IMG/VR virus record: IMGVR_UViG_3300022837_000002
DNA: 43,333 bases
Reading direction: 5' to 3' (one strand)
DNA from: a virus
The first letter of the stretch is position 1; the number at the start of each line of letters is the position of its first letter. Shown in pieces: positions 32,358 through 42,110 of this stretch. The translations under genes and the position numbers were made by a program. Under the pieces are notes generated by a model. It ran no database searches. It was not told the origin of the DNA and saw nothing but the letters and a program-made list of their open reading frames with translations.

Positions 32358-34644
32358 TTAAACCTCGATTAGTGTAAAGCATTAAGGTGTCTTGGTAGAG
32401 CTGACGCAACAAACCCACTCTATTAATATTTATTTGAGAAGTAGTATTTGCAGCTTGAAGCTCATTCGATTTATTTTGCACAAATAGCCCCACATTTTGC
32501 CCATAAATCTGTGCTTCTGCATTAAAAATTGTAAGGGCTGTTTGCGTATTGGCTACTTTTGCCTGCAAATCATTAGCCGCACTTACCACCCTAAGTTGGT
32601 CGGATTGAATTTTTGCTAGACGTATTAGCTCTAGGTCTTTACTCATGTTCGCTTGCTCAATCGCCGCTTCGGCTTGCGCTTCTGAAATAGCCGCTTGCAG
32701 GGTATTAGCCGCATTACTAATTGCTACTTGATTAGCATAATCGGAGTTACGGACAAGTATCTGTAATTCATTGGCTTTATTTGAGAGCGCTACGCTATCA
32801 GCTTGCCCAGCATTTTGTAGAGAGACCTGAATATCTTTGGTAAGATTCGCTGCCGCTATTTGATTAGCGTTATTTGAACTCGTTAGCAATCGCTGTAATT
32901 CATTGGCTTTATTTTGCAGCGTAACCTGTGTAGCGGCAGAAGCGTTGGCCAAGTTCACATTAACGGCTAATTGAGAATCTTGTAATTTACCCCTCACATC
33001 TGCATCAAACTTTTGTAATACCCCTTGAAGGGAACCGCTATAAGTAGTTAATACGCCTTGAAATTCTGCGTTAGCCTTATCTACGTCTGCTCGGTACTCT
33101 GCAAGCAAACTACTAATAGCTTGATTTCTGGCCTGTAAACCTTGCGCTAATCCCTGAAATTCTGCCGCCCGATCTTGGGAACGTAGTTGATTACGAGATA
33201 ATTTTAATTCTTCATTGGCTCGCTCTAGGCTAGATTTAACTTCTTCCGCACGTAGTCGAAGCTGGTCGGAGCTTAACCCCGCTTGATTCTGAGCTACTTC
33301 TAAATTACCAAACTGGACACGAACACCTCTGTCGGACAAGTCTAGCTCTCTATCTTTAAATCCACCCTCTACATTACGCACTTGACGCTCTAGCTCTAAT
33401 CTAAACTCGTCTAGCTTGACTTGATGGCTTTGTATATCGTTCTGTATATCTGACTGAAAACGCTGAACAAGCGTATTCGCCTGCGCCGTGAGAGCTGCGG
33501 CTACTTCTGTATCATCATTATCAGCTAGTCGGTTTGTTATGTTCGTAAGAACAGCCGTAAAGTCGGATAAAGTAGTTTTAGTGTGAGAGGGTACGGCAAC
33601 GCCGTCTTGATAATTTTCATCCGTACCAGTTGTGGCTGTTATATCCGAGCCGTCAACAACGTAAGACAAGCTAGTGGGAGCAAAGCTATTTAGCGTCTCA
33701 CTAATATTGCCACCCGCTTCATTACCTGTATTCGAGGTATCAGCTGTAGCTAATTTTATTCTATCTACTATTAAACCAATTTTTGTAGCATCACTGAGTA
33801 ACGCTGTAACCAATGTACCGATATTGGTATTTTTGGTAATAGTACCAAAGGAGCCTAGCGTAGGTAGGCTGCCAACTGCGGGAACCGTAACAACGTCGTT
33901 GGAAGCGTCGGTACTAGAGCCATCGGATTGATTACCTACAGCTACAACCGAAGCATTAGAGACACTAGCGTCCTCATTAGTAACGTCAAGGTCATTAGGC
34001 TTAGTAATACTTGCAGCAGTAGCGCTAGAGCCAGAAATAGCAGGATTTGATGCGTCAATCACAGAACCTACTGAATCCCCCGTAACAGCCGCGCTAGTTA
34101 CATCCGTTATAGTAGGAGTAGTCGGCTCATTACTGGTTACAAACCCGCTAAAATCAAAATTCAACGCGTCTATATCGGCACTAATAATAGATTGCAATTC
34201 TACAATAGCTGCGCGGATTATAGACGCTTCTTCTAACTCGTTTGGTAGCCAAGTAATTTCATTACCAGACATATCTATTACAGCAACAGATAATAAATAA
34301 GCTTTTGCATTTTCTGTAGAAGGAATAGTATAGAGCTTTTGATTTAAGTAATAATATCGTGGAGATAGTATTGTCGCGCTATTCATGCTATCTGAATCGT
34401 TTAGCTCTGGAACTTGTGAAGCTTCGGCTAATAATGCTTGCCTAGACCCATTATGAACGCTTAAAATAATGTCATTAACTGATACCGTTAAGCCCGCAAC
34501 CGGAACAGTATGCTGAGTAGCTAATTTAGAAATATCTTCAAGCTGTATAAGTCTAAAATGTATCTTAGCACTAGCATTAAGCGCCTCCGCTGCGTTAGTT
34601 GCGTTAGCGCCTATATACTGCTGTAGTCGGGTTAATAGGCTCAT
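32329..34644 (-). CDS. structural protein (771 aa) with a globular N-terminal domain, a T/S-rich linker and a C-terminal coiled coil with NKANELQ repeats
   Basis: The repeat NK(A/S)NELQ...ANQ(I/V)A appears three times near the C-terminus. First gene after the lysis cassette. Confidence 0.4.
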   Translation of the reverse strand: MSLLTRLQQYIGANATNAAEALNASAKIHFRLIQLEDISKLATQHTVPVAGLTVSVNDIILSVHNGSRQALLAEASQVPELNDSDSMNSATILSPRYYYLNQKLYTIPSTENAKAYLLSVAVIDMSGNEITWLPNELEEASIIRAAIVELQSIISADIDALNFDFSGFVTSNEPTTPTITDVTSAAVTGDSVGSVIDASNPAISGSSATAASITKPNDLDVTNEDASVSNASVVAVGNQSDGSSTDASNDVVTVPAVGSLPTLGSFGTITKNTNIGTLVTALLSDATKIGLIVDRIKLATADTSNTGNEAGGNISETLNSFAPTSLSYVVDGSDITATTGTDENYQDGVAVPSHTKTTLSDFTAVLTNITNRLADNDDTEVAAALTAQANTLVQRFQSDIQNDIQSHQVKLDEFRLELERQVRNVEGGFKDRELDLSDRGVRVQFGNLEVAQNQAGLSSDQLRLRAEEVKSSLERANEELKLSRNQLRSQDRAAEFQGLAQGLQARNQAISSLLAEYRADVDKANAEFQGVLTTYSGSLQGVLQKFDADVRGKLQDSQLAVNVNLANASAATQVTLQNKANELQRLLTSSNNANQIAAANLTKDIQVSLQNAGQADSVALSNKANELQILVRNSDYANQVAISNAANTLQAAISEAQAEAAIEQANMSKDLELIRLAKIQSDQLRVVSAANDLQAKVANTQTALTIFNAEAQIYGQNVGLFVQNKSNELQAANTTSQININRVGLLRQLYQDTLMLYTNRGLNAQAPTQDN

Positions 34645-34649
34645 TTGTA

Positions 34650-34889
34650 TTAATCCTTGTCTATTTCTTTAGCTTCGTTAATAACATCCTCAGCGGTGCT
34701 GTATTGGCCTTTAAAAACCAAAACCACCGCGTATACAATGGTTAAAATCTGTATGTAGCTATCGGGAATTTCTGGAAAGCTAAAAGAAGCAGCTGTACCA
34801 CCAAGCAGCACACCTCCAACGTTTCTAATTGTTTTTCCCAGCTTTGGGGTTTTGCTTAAAAGCTTTTTAATGAATTTCATTAGTATCAC
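34650..34889 (-). CDS. holin-like membrane protein (79 aa, two predicted TM segments)
   Basis: TM candidates VGGVLLGGTAASFSF and YIQILTIVYAVVLVF, with a charged C-terminus. Lies next to the endolysin. Confidence 0.5.
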   Translation of the reverse strand: MILMKFIKKLLSKTPKLGKTIRNVGGVLLGGTAASFSFPEIPDSYIQILTIVYAVVLVFKGQYSTAEDVINEAKEIDKD

Positions 34890-34890
34890 C

Positions 34891-35235
34891 TTAGTTTTTC
34901 TTTTTTAAGTCATAATCTTGGTAGAGTCTTTGAATCCCTTCATCATACTTGTCAAATTTGTTCTCAAATCGCTCTAGCGTACTGTTTATGTCTTTGAGTG
35001 TCTGAATAATTACGGCGTTCATTTCTATTTGAAAGTCCTCAATCTGGTCTACATTTTTTTCCAATTCTTTTATAGACTTGAAATTCATTTCAACTGAACT
35101 TTCAACACCAGCTAAGCGGGTGGTAATTACGCCATAATCAACGGCAATGATAATTACTGCTATAAAAATAGCGTAGGAATGGTTTTTTATCCATTCTATT
35201 AGGCTACCTTCATTTTTTACGTTTAAATCTCCCAT
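34891..35235 (-). CDS. N-terminal single-TM coiled-coil protein (114 aa), holin or i-spanin-like lysis accessory
   Basis: TM segment YAIFIAVIIIAVDYGVITT followed by a coiled coil. Overlaps the endolysin gene end. Confidence 0.45.
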   Translation of the reverse strand: MGDLNVKNEGSLIEWIKNHSYAIFIAVIIIAVDYGVITTRLAGVESSVEMNFKSIKELEKNVDQIEDFQIEMNAVIIQTLKDINSTLERFENKFDKYDEGIQRLYQDYDLKKKN

Positions 35236-35639
35236 AATCCAGCCTTCATCATTGCAGCCATTTTTTTGGCTCTCATTGGAGTTTGATTAGCCCACTTTGA
35301 ATTAAGCATCTCAATAGACGCTTTAGCGTAGTCTTTTTGCTTAATCGCCTCAAGCATCATTCTGAATTTAAGTAAGCCGCTGCTTCCCATCTGAAAAGCC
35401 ATTTGTACGATCACGCTCTGGCGTACCTCGTCTAATTCATCAAAAAACTCAAATCTGGCTAAATCTGCATATAATTCAGTTACTTGATGCTCAAGAAGGG
35501 AAGTAGCGGCACTTTCAGTGATACCAGCATCTACGTTAAAGCCGTAGCCAATTGTCTGAGCGCCTGTAGTGCATCGGTATAGCTTACCGCTAAAGCCCTC
35601 AAAAACCTTGAGCATGTCAAGAGTTCTATTTATTTTCAT
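35223..35639 (-). CDS. GH24 (T4-type) lysozyme / endolysin
   Basis: Aligns with T4 lysozyme: FEGFSGKLYRCTTGAQTIGYGF, IVQMAFQMG and SKWANQTPMRAKK. Catalytic pattern E14-x8-C23-x5-T29. Confidence 0.85.
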   Translation of the reverse strand: MKINRTLDMLKVFEGFSGKLYRCTTGAQTIGYGFNVDAGITESAATSLLEHQVTELYADLARFEFFDELDEVRQSVIVQMAFQMGSSGLLKFRMMLEAIKQKDYAKASIEMLNSKWANQTPMRAKKMAAMMKAGLWEI

Positions 35640-35680
35640 TTGGTAAAGTCTATGCTTAATTGATTATTAATAATGGAGAA

Positions 35681-35702
35681 AGGGGGTCATAAATGCCCCC
35701 CT
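35681..35702 (-). terminator. GC-rich hairpin downstream of the capsid gene (partial terminator or attenuator)
   Basis: aggggg pairs with cccccct around a short loop. On the minus strand it is followed by tttctcc. Confidence 0.45.
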
Positions 35703-35731
35703 ATACTCCGCAAAGGTGCTTGCGCACATTG

Positions 35732-37054
35732 TTACCCAATCTTCATAATAGCATGACGCTTCATGTGTTGTAGGGCAATACCCGCATCTGAGAAATACTC
35801 GTCCTTAACGCCGTCATAAGCGTTTTCCGTCTTAATATTGGTATTAAAACGATCAGGACGAAAGTAACGGTATTCAATACACTCTAAATCTGGAAGCAAT
35901 ATCCAATTCTCATAAGGCGTACCTCTAAGAATCTCTAGCTTAACCAGCTTTAAAGTAAGATTACCTGTCTCTAAGTAACGTACTCTCGAACCATACTTGT
36001 CTTCCTCGCCTGCCGTAATATTAATCTGCCATTGCGATTTTTGCAGCATTACCAAAGAAGACAAATAATTCATTGCACCTGGTCCACAATAAGCCACACG
36101 AATACCGTCTTCCATTGTGTACTGACTTAGTTTGTCGGTATCAGTGCCAAAATCGCTAAACGTGTAGTTATCAGGGTCGATAGTAAAGATGTTTTGCTCC
36201 GTACCCGTAGTAACACCGTAACGCTCCATTGCAGGAATAAATCCTTCTGTAGTTCGTACTACTTTGCCCTCTTTATCTAGTGTATGGCCTAAGAAATTCT
36301 CGCCAGCGGCACCAATACCACCAACACGAGCGCCTAAAAGAACCTTACGCTGTAAACGCATCTTGTGCAGAAGCATTTTATCACGACGTAAACGCATAAG
36401 CTCATCAGCCGATTTTTTACCATTGTATTTCAAGCCTTTCAAGGCGGCCTCTTTAAGCGTACCAGTTACCTCAATAGGTGTTCTAGTAATCTCTGTTGAG
36501 TTCCATACAATTCTTGGCTGTGTACCGTAAGCCTCTGGAGAATGAGAACCTTCCCCTGCTGCATGGGATATAACCATTAAAACGTCATTGTCCGCTAAAG
36601 CGGCTATACGTTGGTTAACAGCAGCAGGATTCGTTATCGCTGTTAGCGTTACTTGTCCATTCCCACTATTAATATCACGAACTCGCGCAATACCCTTTTT
36701 AGTTGTTTTAGCTGCGTTCCAAACTTCAACAAGCAAACCCTCTAGGGAAGCGTCTAGCTTTAGGCCTACTAAGCCATCCACTACAAGAGCGTCTCTAGTA
36801 GCACCCGGATCACCGTCGTCTGTCCAAGCGCCAGGAGTGGCTTTGTTTATCGTCATTTCCTGACGATACCAAAGACTATCGTCTTCAAACATTTTGAAAT
36901 CCGCATCATCAGTTTTAACCTTTCTATCAATTAAATCTGTCAATAACGGTGTTGCATCTGGGCGTAATTCCTTTACATCCGAATCCATGTTGAGATCAAA
37001 CTCGCGACGTTCGGTATAAATAATGCCCATATTTGCTAGCGTTTCTGCTGACAT
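35732..37054 (-). CDS. major capsid protein (by position and size)
   Basis: 440 aa. Immediately follows the scaffold-like gene and is followed by a hairpin. No motif-level confirmation. Confidence 0.6.
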   Translation of the reverse strand: MSAETLANMGIIYTERREFDLNMDSDVKELRPDATPLLTDLIDRKVKTDDADFKMFEDDSLWYRQEMTINKATPGAWTDDGDPGATRDALVVDGLVGLKLDASLEGLLVEVWNAAKTTKKGIARVRDINSGNGQVTLTAITNPAAVNQRIAALADNDVLMVISHAAGEGSHSPEAYGTQPRIVWNSTEITRTPIEVTGTLKEAALKGLKYNGKKSADELMRLRRDKMLLHKMRLQRKVLLGARVGGIGAAGENFLGHTLDKEGKVVRTTEGFIPAMERYGVTTGTEQNIFTIDPDNYTFSDFGTDTDKLSQYTMEDGIRVAYCGPGAMNYLSSLVMLQKSQWQINITAGEEDKYGSRVRYLETGNLTLKLVKLEILRGTPYENWILLPDLECIEYRYFRPDRFNTNIKTENAYDGVKDEYFSDAGIALQHMKRHAIMKIG

Positions 37055-37089
37055 AATATTTTCCTAAATATGTGTTTTTTTAAAATTGT

Positions 37090-37998
37090 TTATCCCCATA
37101 CACTGCGCTGCACTGTCTTCTTAGCTGAACCTGAACCAGTAATAGGTTTAGGGCTCTTCTTTTTAACGGTGGTTTGCTGTTTTGAAGCTGCTGGCTGCTT
37201 ACCTTTTTTGATCTTGTATAGCTGAACTAAATCAGCTAAATCAGGTTGCTTGTCATTGAAGGTTTCAAAAAACTCTTTAACATCATTTTCTGCAAACCCA
37301 AACTTAGATCGTAAATCTGTTTGAATCTGCTGAACAGCTTTTTCTCCTTCCTGCTTTTGCGCTCTAGTCTGCGTTTCAGCCTGCTGTAATTTGTCTTGTA
37401 GTTCTTCTTTTAAATCGGTGTACTCTAAACGGTCTTCTATGTAATTTTGACGCGTTTTTTCGTATTCCTCTCTTTCTTCATAACTCGCATTAGCGCCTGG
37501 TTTTTCGGGGCGTTCAGGGCGCTTAAGGTTCTGTAGCTGCTTGTTTATTGCCTCTGGACTATCTTTCGATACAGTTAAGCCAACGGATTCACCCTTTAAC
37601 ACTTTGTCTATTTTATCCAAAAGCTCAGGTTGCTTCTGAATACTATCAGCAAAGTCTAACACTTCTTTAGATATGCTACCTGTTTGGGCTTTATATTGGT
37701 CGTAATCGCTTTTTAGTCTGTCATATTTACTCTGCCATTCCCGAAGTTTTTCGGCAGGCTCTGGTTCCTCTTGATCGTCGTCTTCATTTGAATCTTCATC
37801 TTCTGAATCATCTTCATTTTCTGAATCATCTTCATTTGAATCGTCTAAATCATTAGCATCCTCATTGTTGTCTGTTTGCTCTTCTTGGGAGCTGTCGCTT
37901 GCTTGATCGTCCGCATTATCCGAAAGGATTTCTTCCGAATCTTGGATTTCACTAACACTCTGTTCGGCTTCATCTGTAGCCCAAATACTTGCGTCCAT
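37090..37998 (-). CDS. scaffolding protein
   Basis: 302 aa. Highly acidic D/E/S-rich N-terminus, central coiled coil and basic C-terminus. Lies between the portal and capsid genes. Confidence 0.6.
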   Translation of the reverse strand: MDASIWATDEAEQSVSEIQDSEEILSDNADDQASDSSQEEQTDNNEDANDLDDSNEDDSENEDDSEDEDSNEDDDQEEPEPAEKLREWQSKYDRLKSDYDQYKAQTGSISKEVLDFADSIQKQPELLDKIDKVLKGESVGLTVSKDSPEAINKQLQNLKRPERPEKPGANASYEEREEYEKTRQNYIEDRLEYTDLKEELQDKLQQAETQTRAQKQEGEKAVQQIQTDLRSKFGFAENDVKEFFETFNDKQPDLADLVQLYKIKKGKQPAASKQQTTVKKKSPKPITGSGSAKKTVQRSVWG

Positions 37999-38003
37999 TT
38001 AGT

Positions 38004-40301
38004 TCACCTTTGCTGTTGGTTGTTTTGAAGGGGGGTTTGAAATTCATTGACAGCCTTATCCATTGAAACGCGGCCATCATCTAGTATTTTATCATTCTCT
38101 CGCATAGCTTGAACCTCACCATCCTTTAGCGTGGACTTAAATTTTTCTAGCTCTGTTCGCTGTCTTGCGTGGAATAACTCTCGCTCTCTGGTCTGCATAT
38201 CTCCTTTGAGCTTGTCTATTTCTTCCTGTTGCGTTTGCATTTGCTGCTGCATTTGCTGCATAATTGCCATACGCTCCATAATCTTATCTTTATCAGGGAA
38301 ATCAGCCTCTTTGAGAACCGCTTCTTGATCTACTAATCTTAGATTGTACAGCTCTTTAGCTTGCTCAAATCTAGCCCAACGGTTTGACGGTAGTGTAGAA
38401 CCACTTATAAGCCTAACGTCGGCTTTCATGGTAGATAAATCGTTCAACCTGTCCACTACCTGACGGCTTAATTCATCATAGATAGGTTGGTTAAGTGTGG
38501 TTTGAACCTCACTCTTATAATTCGCATCAAAGGTTCTAATAATTTTATTTTCGCTGTAGGTAACCTGTGTCAATTCAAACATTACTTTACCCAATAGAGT
38601 AAGGCCATGTTCTATCACATCACGCTTTGAGCGCATACGACGCTGACCAAATTCTTCAAAAGCTAGTGTTGCATGGTAAGTTGGCGGCGCCGCACTAGAA
38701 TCACCAGCCATCAAGTCATAAACACCAATAATTTGCTTCATTTTCATCTCAGCGCTCTTAAGAAGCTCGTAAACCTGACCTGAAAGCGGTGGAACCTGAA
38801 TAGGTACGGGTTGGCCAAAGTCTAAGTCTATTTCAACCGTTCCAAAGCCCGCCTTAGACATCTGTTCGTTAATAGCTTCAATATCACTTCCTGTAGGCAC
38901 TAAAAGTTTAGGACTGGCTGAATTAGCTGCATGAGCCATAACTAAGCTGCTAAGCTTATTGTAGAAGCGTTGCAAACCTCTAACATGCTCTACATCACCT
39001 TTAGGGTATGGGTTTCTAGAATGACGGTTCATAACAGGTATAACAGGTATTTGTGAAACCTCTATAATCTGTTGATCAATCTCATGTGAATCAATACTAA
39101 TAATTCGCTTAACACGACCTACTTCATAGTTTTGCTCTCTTAAAAGGCCTTCTTGAATAAGTTGCTCTTTTACATCTTGAGCGCTAACAAAATTGAACGT
39201 AATTGTTGAATCTGGAATAACAGCTTCTGGCATATCACTCATTTCTTCTGGACCAGGCACTAAGGTTGGATTGCCTGTGTTTTCATCCATAGCGTAGTGA
39301 GCAAAGTAATCACCGCTTTGGCTCTCGCCTTGCTGTGTGGCTAATTCTGTATAGGTTTGAACCATTTGCTCAGATAGCATAGGGCGATCTTCCACAACAA
39401 CAATAGTTAAGCCTTCTAAATACTCTTGCTTAGCCTGTTCGTCTTCAAATAATTGCGTTCTCTTATTCGGAAAGTCCTCTAGTTCACAGCGCATTACCTG
39501 TATTTTTGTGTAGCGCTCTATAACCTCGTAAAAAACTTCTTCCTCTAAAGTGGAATCTATGCCATGAGTTGTAGAACCTATATTACCCGTAATATATTCT
39601 TCGGGAGACATGTAGTTGTTCTGTATACTTGGGCGCCTAATAGCCTTTGATTGAGTAAGCTTTTCTAAGTCCTTACGCTCAATAAACCCCTTATAATGAT
39701 CTAGTACTTGGCTTTCGCTGTATTCTGTTGCAATAAGTATATTATGGGCGTCTCTAGCAAAACGGTCTCTTGAAGCAGGGTCTATATAAACGCTCAAAGG
39801 GTCTATAGCCTGAAAATGAACCTCTCCCCTACCACCATCAGCATCAGGGTCTCCCCAAGCAAGCCATACACCCATCCCAGCATTACAAAAATCATCCGCA
39901 TGTGCTTCTAAATGTTGTTTACCGTTATTTTGCACCCATAAATACTCTAGGATATTACTTACTAAATCCGCTATACGGCCATCCGAATCTTCTGTACCAA
40001 TAGCCTGAAAACGTGGGTCATTAGAGGTAATAATGGAAATTAAATTATCTATTAAAGGCAATACTAGATTCCAACTAATAGCAGCGTGTCTACGCTCTGC
40101 TAATGTGTCTAATTCTTCCTTTGTAAACTGAGCGCCGTCTCTAAATTTGTAGTTTATTAATGCGTTTTTAGCATATTCATCTCTGGAAGAAGAGTATTCT
40201 TCTAACAGTTTTTTCGATAGCTGAGCTTCGTTAAAAGCCTTATTATCACTCTTTTGCAGGCCATAAGCCGTTTTTGTAGAAAATATTCCCATAAAACCCA
40301 T
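38004..40301 (-). CDS. portal protein (by position and size)
   Basis: 765 aa. First gene of the late operon, upstream of scaffold and capsid. Has a C-terminal Q-rich coiled coil. Confidence 0.6.
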   Translation of the reverse strand: MGFMGIFSTKTAYGLQKSDNKAFNEAQLSKKLLEEYSSSRDEYAKNALINYKFRDGAQFTKEELDTLAERRHAAISWNLVLPLIDNLISIITSNDPRFQAIGTEDSDGRIADLVSNILEYLWVQNNGKQHLEAHADDFCNAGMGVWLAWGDPDADGGRGEVHFQAIDPLSVYIDPASRDRFARDAHNILIATEYSESQVLDHYKGFIERKDLEKLTQSKAIRRPSIQNNYMSPEEYITGNIGSTTHGIDSTLEEEVFYEVIERYTKIQVMRCELEDFPNKRTQLFEDEQAKQEYLEGLTIVVVEDRPMLSEQMVQTYTELATQQGESQSGDYFAHYAMDENTGNPTLVPGPEEMSDMPEAVIPDSTITFNFVSAQDVKEQLIQEGLLREQNYEVGRVKRIISIDSHEIDQQIIEVSQIPVIPVMNRHSRNPYPKGDVEHVRGLQRFYNKLSSLVMAHAANSASPKLLVPTGSDIEAINEQMSKAGFGTVEIDLDFGQPVPIQVPPLSGQVYELLKSAEMKMKQIIGVYDLMAGDSSAAPPTYHATLAFEEFGQRRMRSKRDVIEHGLTLLGKVMFELTQVTYSENKIIRTFDANYKSEVQTTLNQPIYDELSRQVVDRLNDLSTMKADVRLISGSTLPSNRWARFEQAKELYNLRLVDQEAVLKEADFPDKDKIMERMAIMQQMQQQMQTQQEEIDKLKGDMQTRERELFHARQRTELEKFKSTLKDGEVQAMRENDKILDDGRVSMDKAVNEFQTPLQNNQQQR

Positions 40302-40331
40302 GTTTTATAGAAAATAAAACTATTTCACTTA

Positions 40332-40350
40332 AAAACTACAATGTGTAGTT
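40332..40350 (+). promoter_or_regulatory. AAAACTAC-N4-YGTWGTT motif copy (aaaactac aatg tgtagtt) in the portal/SSB divergent region, followed by tataat at 40351-40356
   Basis: Perfect 8-bp palindrome arms, read directly. Confidence 0.5.
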
Positions 40351-40382
40351 TATAATGTTGACAAAAACTTAAAACAACCATT

Positions 40383-41054
40383 ATGCCAGTAGGAAATTCA
40401 AAAAAGAGAATCTATTACAGCGTTTCTAAAGACACTGCAAAAATAAAGACTAAAAACGGTGATAACGTACTTGAATACGATTATCTGGAAGGACGATTAA
40501 AAAGCGTTCAATACCAACCCGCAGAAAATATAAACGGCACAAAAATAGGTGCAAGATTTGTATTTATTTTTAGCGACGGGCTGCAAGAAGAAGTTTTCCA
40601 AGCAGGAGTAGGAGCTAGCTACATTCATTTTATACTAGGAGCCCTTGATGCTAATGAGGCTATTAAAAATTCCATAAAGCTAAGCCCGTATCTGAGAACG
40701 ATTGTAAACAAAAGTACGAATGAATCGCGTGTAGGCATAGCTATGTCTGTTTGGAACAATAATAAAATGCTTCGCTATGGTGATGACTTCTATAATAGCT
40801 TAGCAGAAATTAAACAGATCAACGTCTCTGGTGAATTACACTTCGATAAAACAGATCGCATCAACCAAATTCGCACAATCGCCGAAAAAGTAAATGCAAA
40901 GTACACTATGGCGTGGTCTCAATCTGAGAAAGGAATCAGTAATCAAACCTCGTCAGTTGATCAAGAGCGTTTTGATGATGATGATGATACAGAGTTCGCT
41001 GTTACAGTAGCTAGTAACGCTTCTACAAATGAAGATGATGATTTGCCATTTTGA
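40383..41054 (+). CDS. SSB-like protein with a canonical acidic C-terminal tip
   Basis: 223 aa ending ...NEDDDLPF. Compare bacterial SSB DDDIPF. The size is similar to T7 gp2.5-type SSBs. The OB fold was not verified. Confidence 0.5.
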   Translation: MPVGNSKKRIYYSVSKDTAKIKTKNGDNVLEYDYLEGRLKSVQYQPAENINGTKIGARFVFIFSDGLQEEVFQAGVGASYIHFILGALDANEAIKNSIKLSPYLRTIVNKSTNESRVGIAMSVWNNNKMLRYGDDFYNSLAEIKQINVSGELHFDKTDRINQIRTIAEKVNAKYTMAWSQSEKGISNQTSSVDQERFDDDDDTEFAVTVASNASTNEDDDLPF

Positions 41055-41707
41055 GAAGACGCCAAAACGTACTCCGTTACCTTGAAGAGTTGTACCCACG
41101 TATGCCCGAAAGGGCTTATGAAGTTATAGGCTATACGGGAAGACTTAACAAGGAGTTAATCAGATCAATACCCGACAAAAAAAGGGTTTGGTGGATGCGT
41201 GAACTTTTAACCACAAGATGGATTGATGTTCGAGACGCTATGGCTATTGAAATCATTCGTTTTGAACGGCTAGACGTAGATCAATTCGGTGAAATGTACC
41301 GAAGCGATCAAAAAAAACCCGGTGCTACACTCACCGTAATGCTTAAGAACCCCATATTTGCCCTTGATTTGAAACAACAAATAGAAAAAGTCCTTGAAGA
41401 ACAAGGCCTCACCAATGAATACCTAATTGGTAAGCTAAAACAAGTGATAGAGATATCCGAACTTAAAGGTGATCTTACAAATATGCGTCATGCTATCATG
41501 GACACATTAAAAATTACGGGTGCTATTTCGCCCGCAAAACCTATGAGTAAATCAGGAAGGTTGGAGCAAGCCAACAGAGAAGATGCACTAGCTTTTCAGG
41601 ACACCCACAAAATGCTAGAGCAAGCTAACCTGGATGATGATATAGAGGACGCAGACATTATAGGCTATGATGCTGTTGAAGATGAAGATGAAGATGAAGA
41701 AATCTAA
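41051..41707 (+). CDS. hypothetical protein with an acidic C-terminal tail. A small-terminase role cannot be excluded.
   Basis: The track start is TTG, overlapping the SSB stop. An alternative ATG reads MPERAY. The protein ends DEDEDEEI. Confidence 0.45.
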   Translation: MRRRQNVLRYLEELYPRMPERAYEVIGYTGRLNKELIRSIPDKKRVWWMRELLTTRWIDVRDAMAIEIIRFERLDVDQFGEMYRSDQKKPGATLTVMLKNPIFALDLKQQIEKVLEEQGLTNEYLIGKLKQVIEISELKGDLTNMRHAIMDTLKITGAISPAKPMSKSGRLEQANREDALAFQDTHKMLEQANLDDDIEDADIIGYDAVEDEDEDEEI

Positions 41708-41990
41708 TTTAAAAGGAACGCTCGACTCTTTAATAGACATGGCAATAGTATTAGAGATTTACGAGCCATCTGATACCAGTTATGACCCTATTGAAGATAC
41801 TCAAGTCATATCTAAGCTTATTAAATCGGTGGATGAATTACGCAGGGCAGAGACAGCCTATGTGTACAACATAAACCAAAACAGTAAGAACGCAGGCAAC
41901 AAGTCAGAGCTAAGAGAACGATTTAAAAAAGTTCAGCTTAATCTGCTAAGACTAAGCATAGCCCATAACATAGAATGTGATTCGATATAG
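41667..41990 (+). CDS. hypothetical protein (up to 107 aa, start ambiguous)
   Basis: Five in-frame ATGs fall within a GAAGAT hexamer repeat. The last is at 41694. Confidence 0.45.
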   Translation: MMLLKMKMKMKKSNLKGTLDSLIDMAIVLEIYEPSDTSYDPIEDTQVISKLIKSVDELRRAETAYVYNINQNSKNAGNKSELRERFKKVQLNLLRLSIAHNIECDSI

Positions 41991-42110
41991 TCTAGTGATA
42001 ACAAATAGCGCCTTAGTGGGTTTTGATCGGTTCACTAGGATTACACTTTCATAAAAGCCCCAAAAAGGCTAAACCATCATTAAATCAAAAATGACACCAA
42101 ACCAAAAACC

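Noticed and set aside
26391-38328. Plus-strand ORFs embedded in late-operon genes (26391..26720, 27199..27474, 27672..28010, 28314..28778, 28896..29213, 29403..29645, 33674..33931, 36264..36530, 36588..36863, 38131..38328)
   Set aside because: These are shadow ORFs antisense to long, well-supported minus-strand genes. 27199..27474 is better explained by two coupled minus-strand micro-ORFs.
41676-41700. The GAAGAT hexamer tandem repeat as a regulatory or slippage element
   Set aside because: It encodes the acidic EDEDEDEE tail of ORF 41051..41707. In the other frame it only creates the ambiguous KMKMKM start region of the next ORF. There is no evidence for a separate function.
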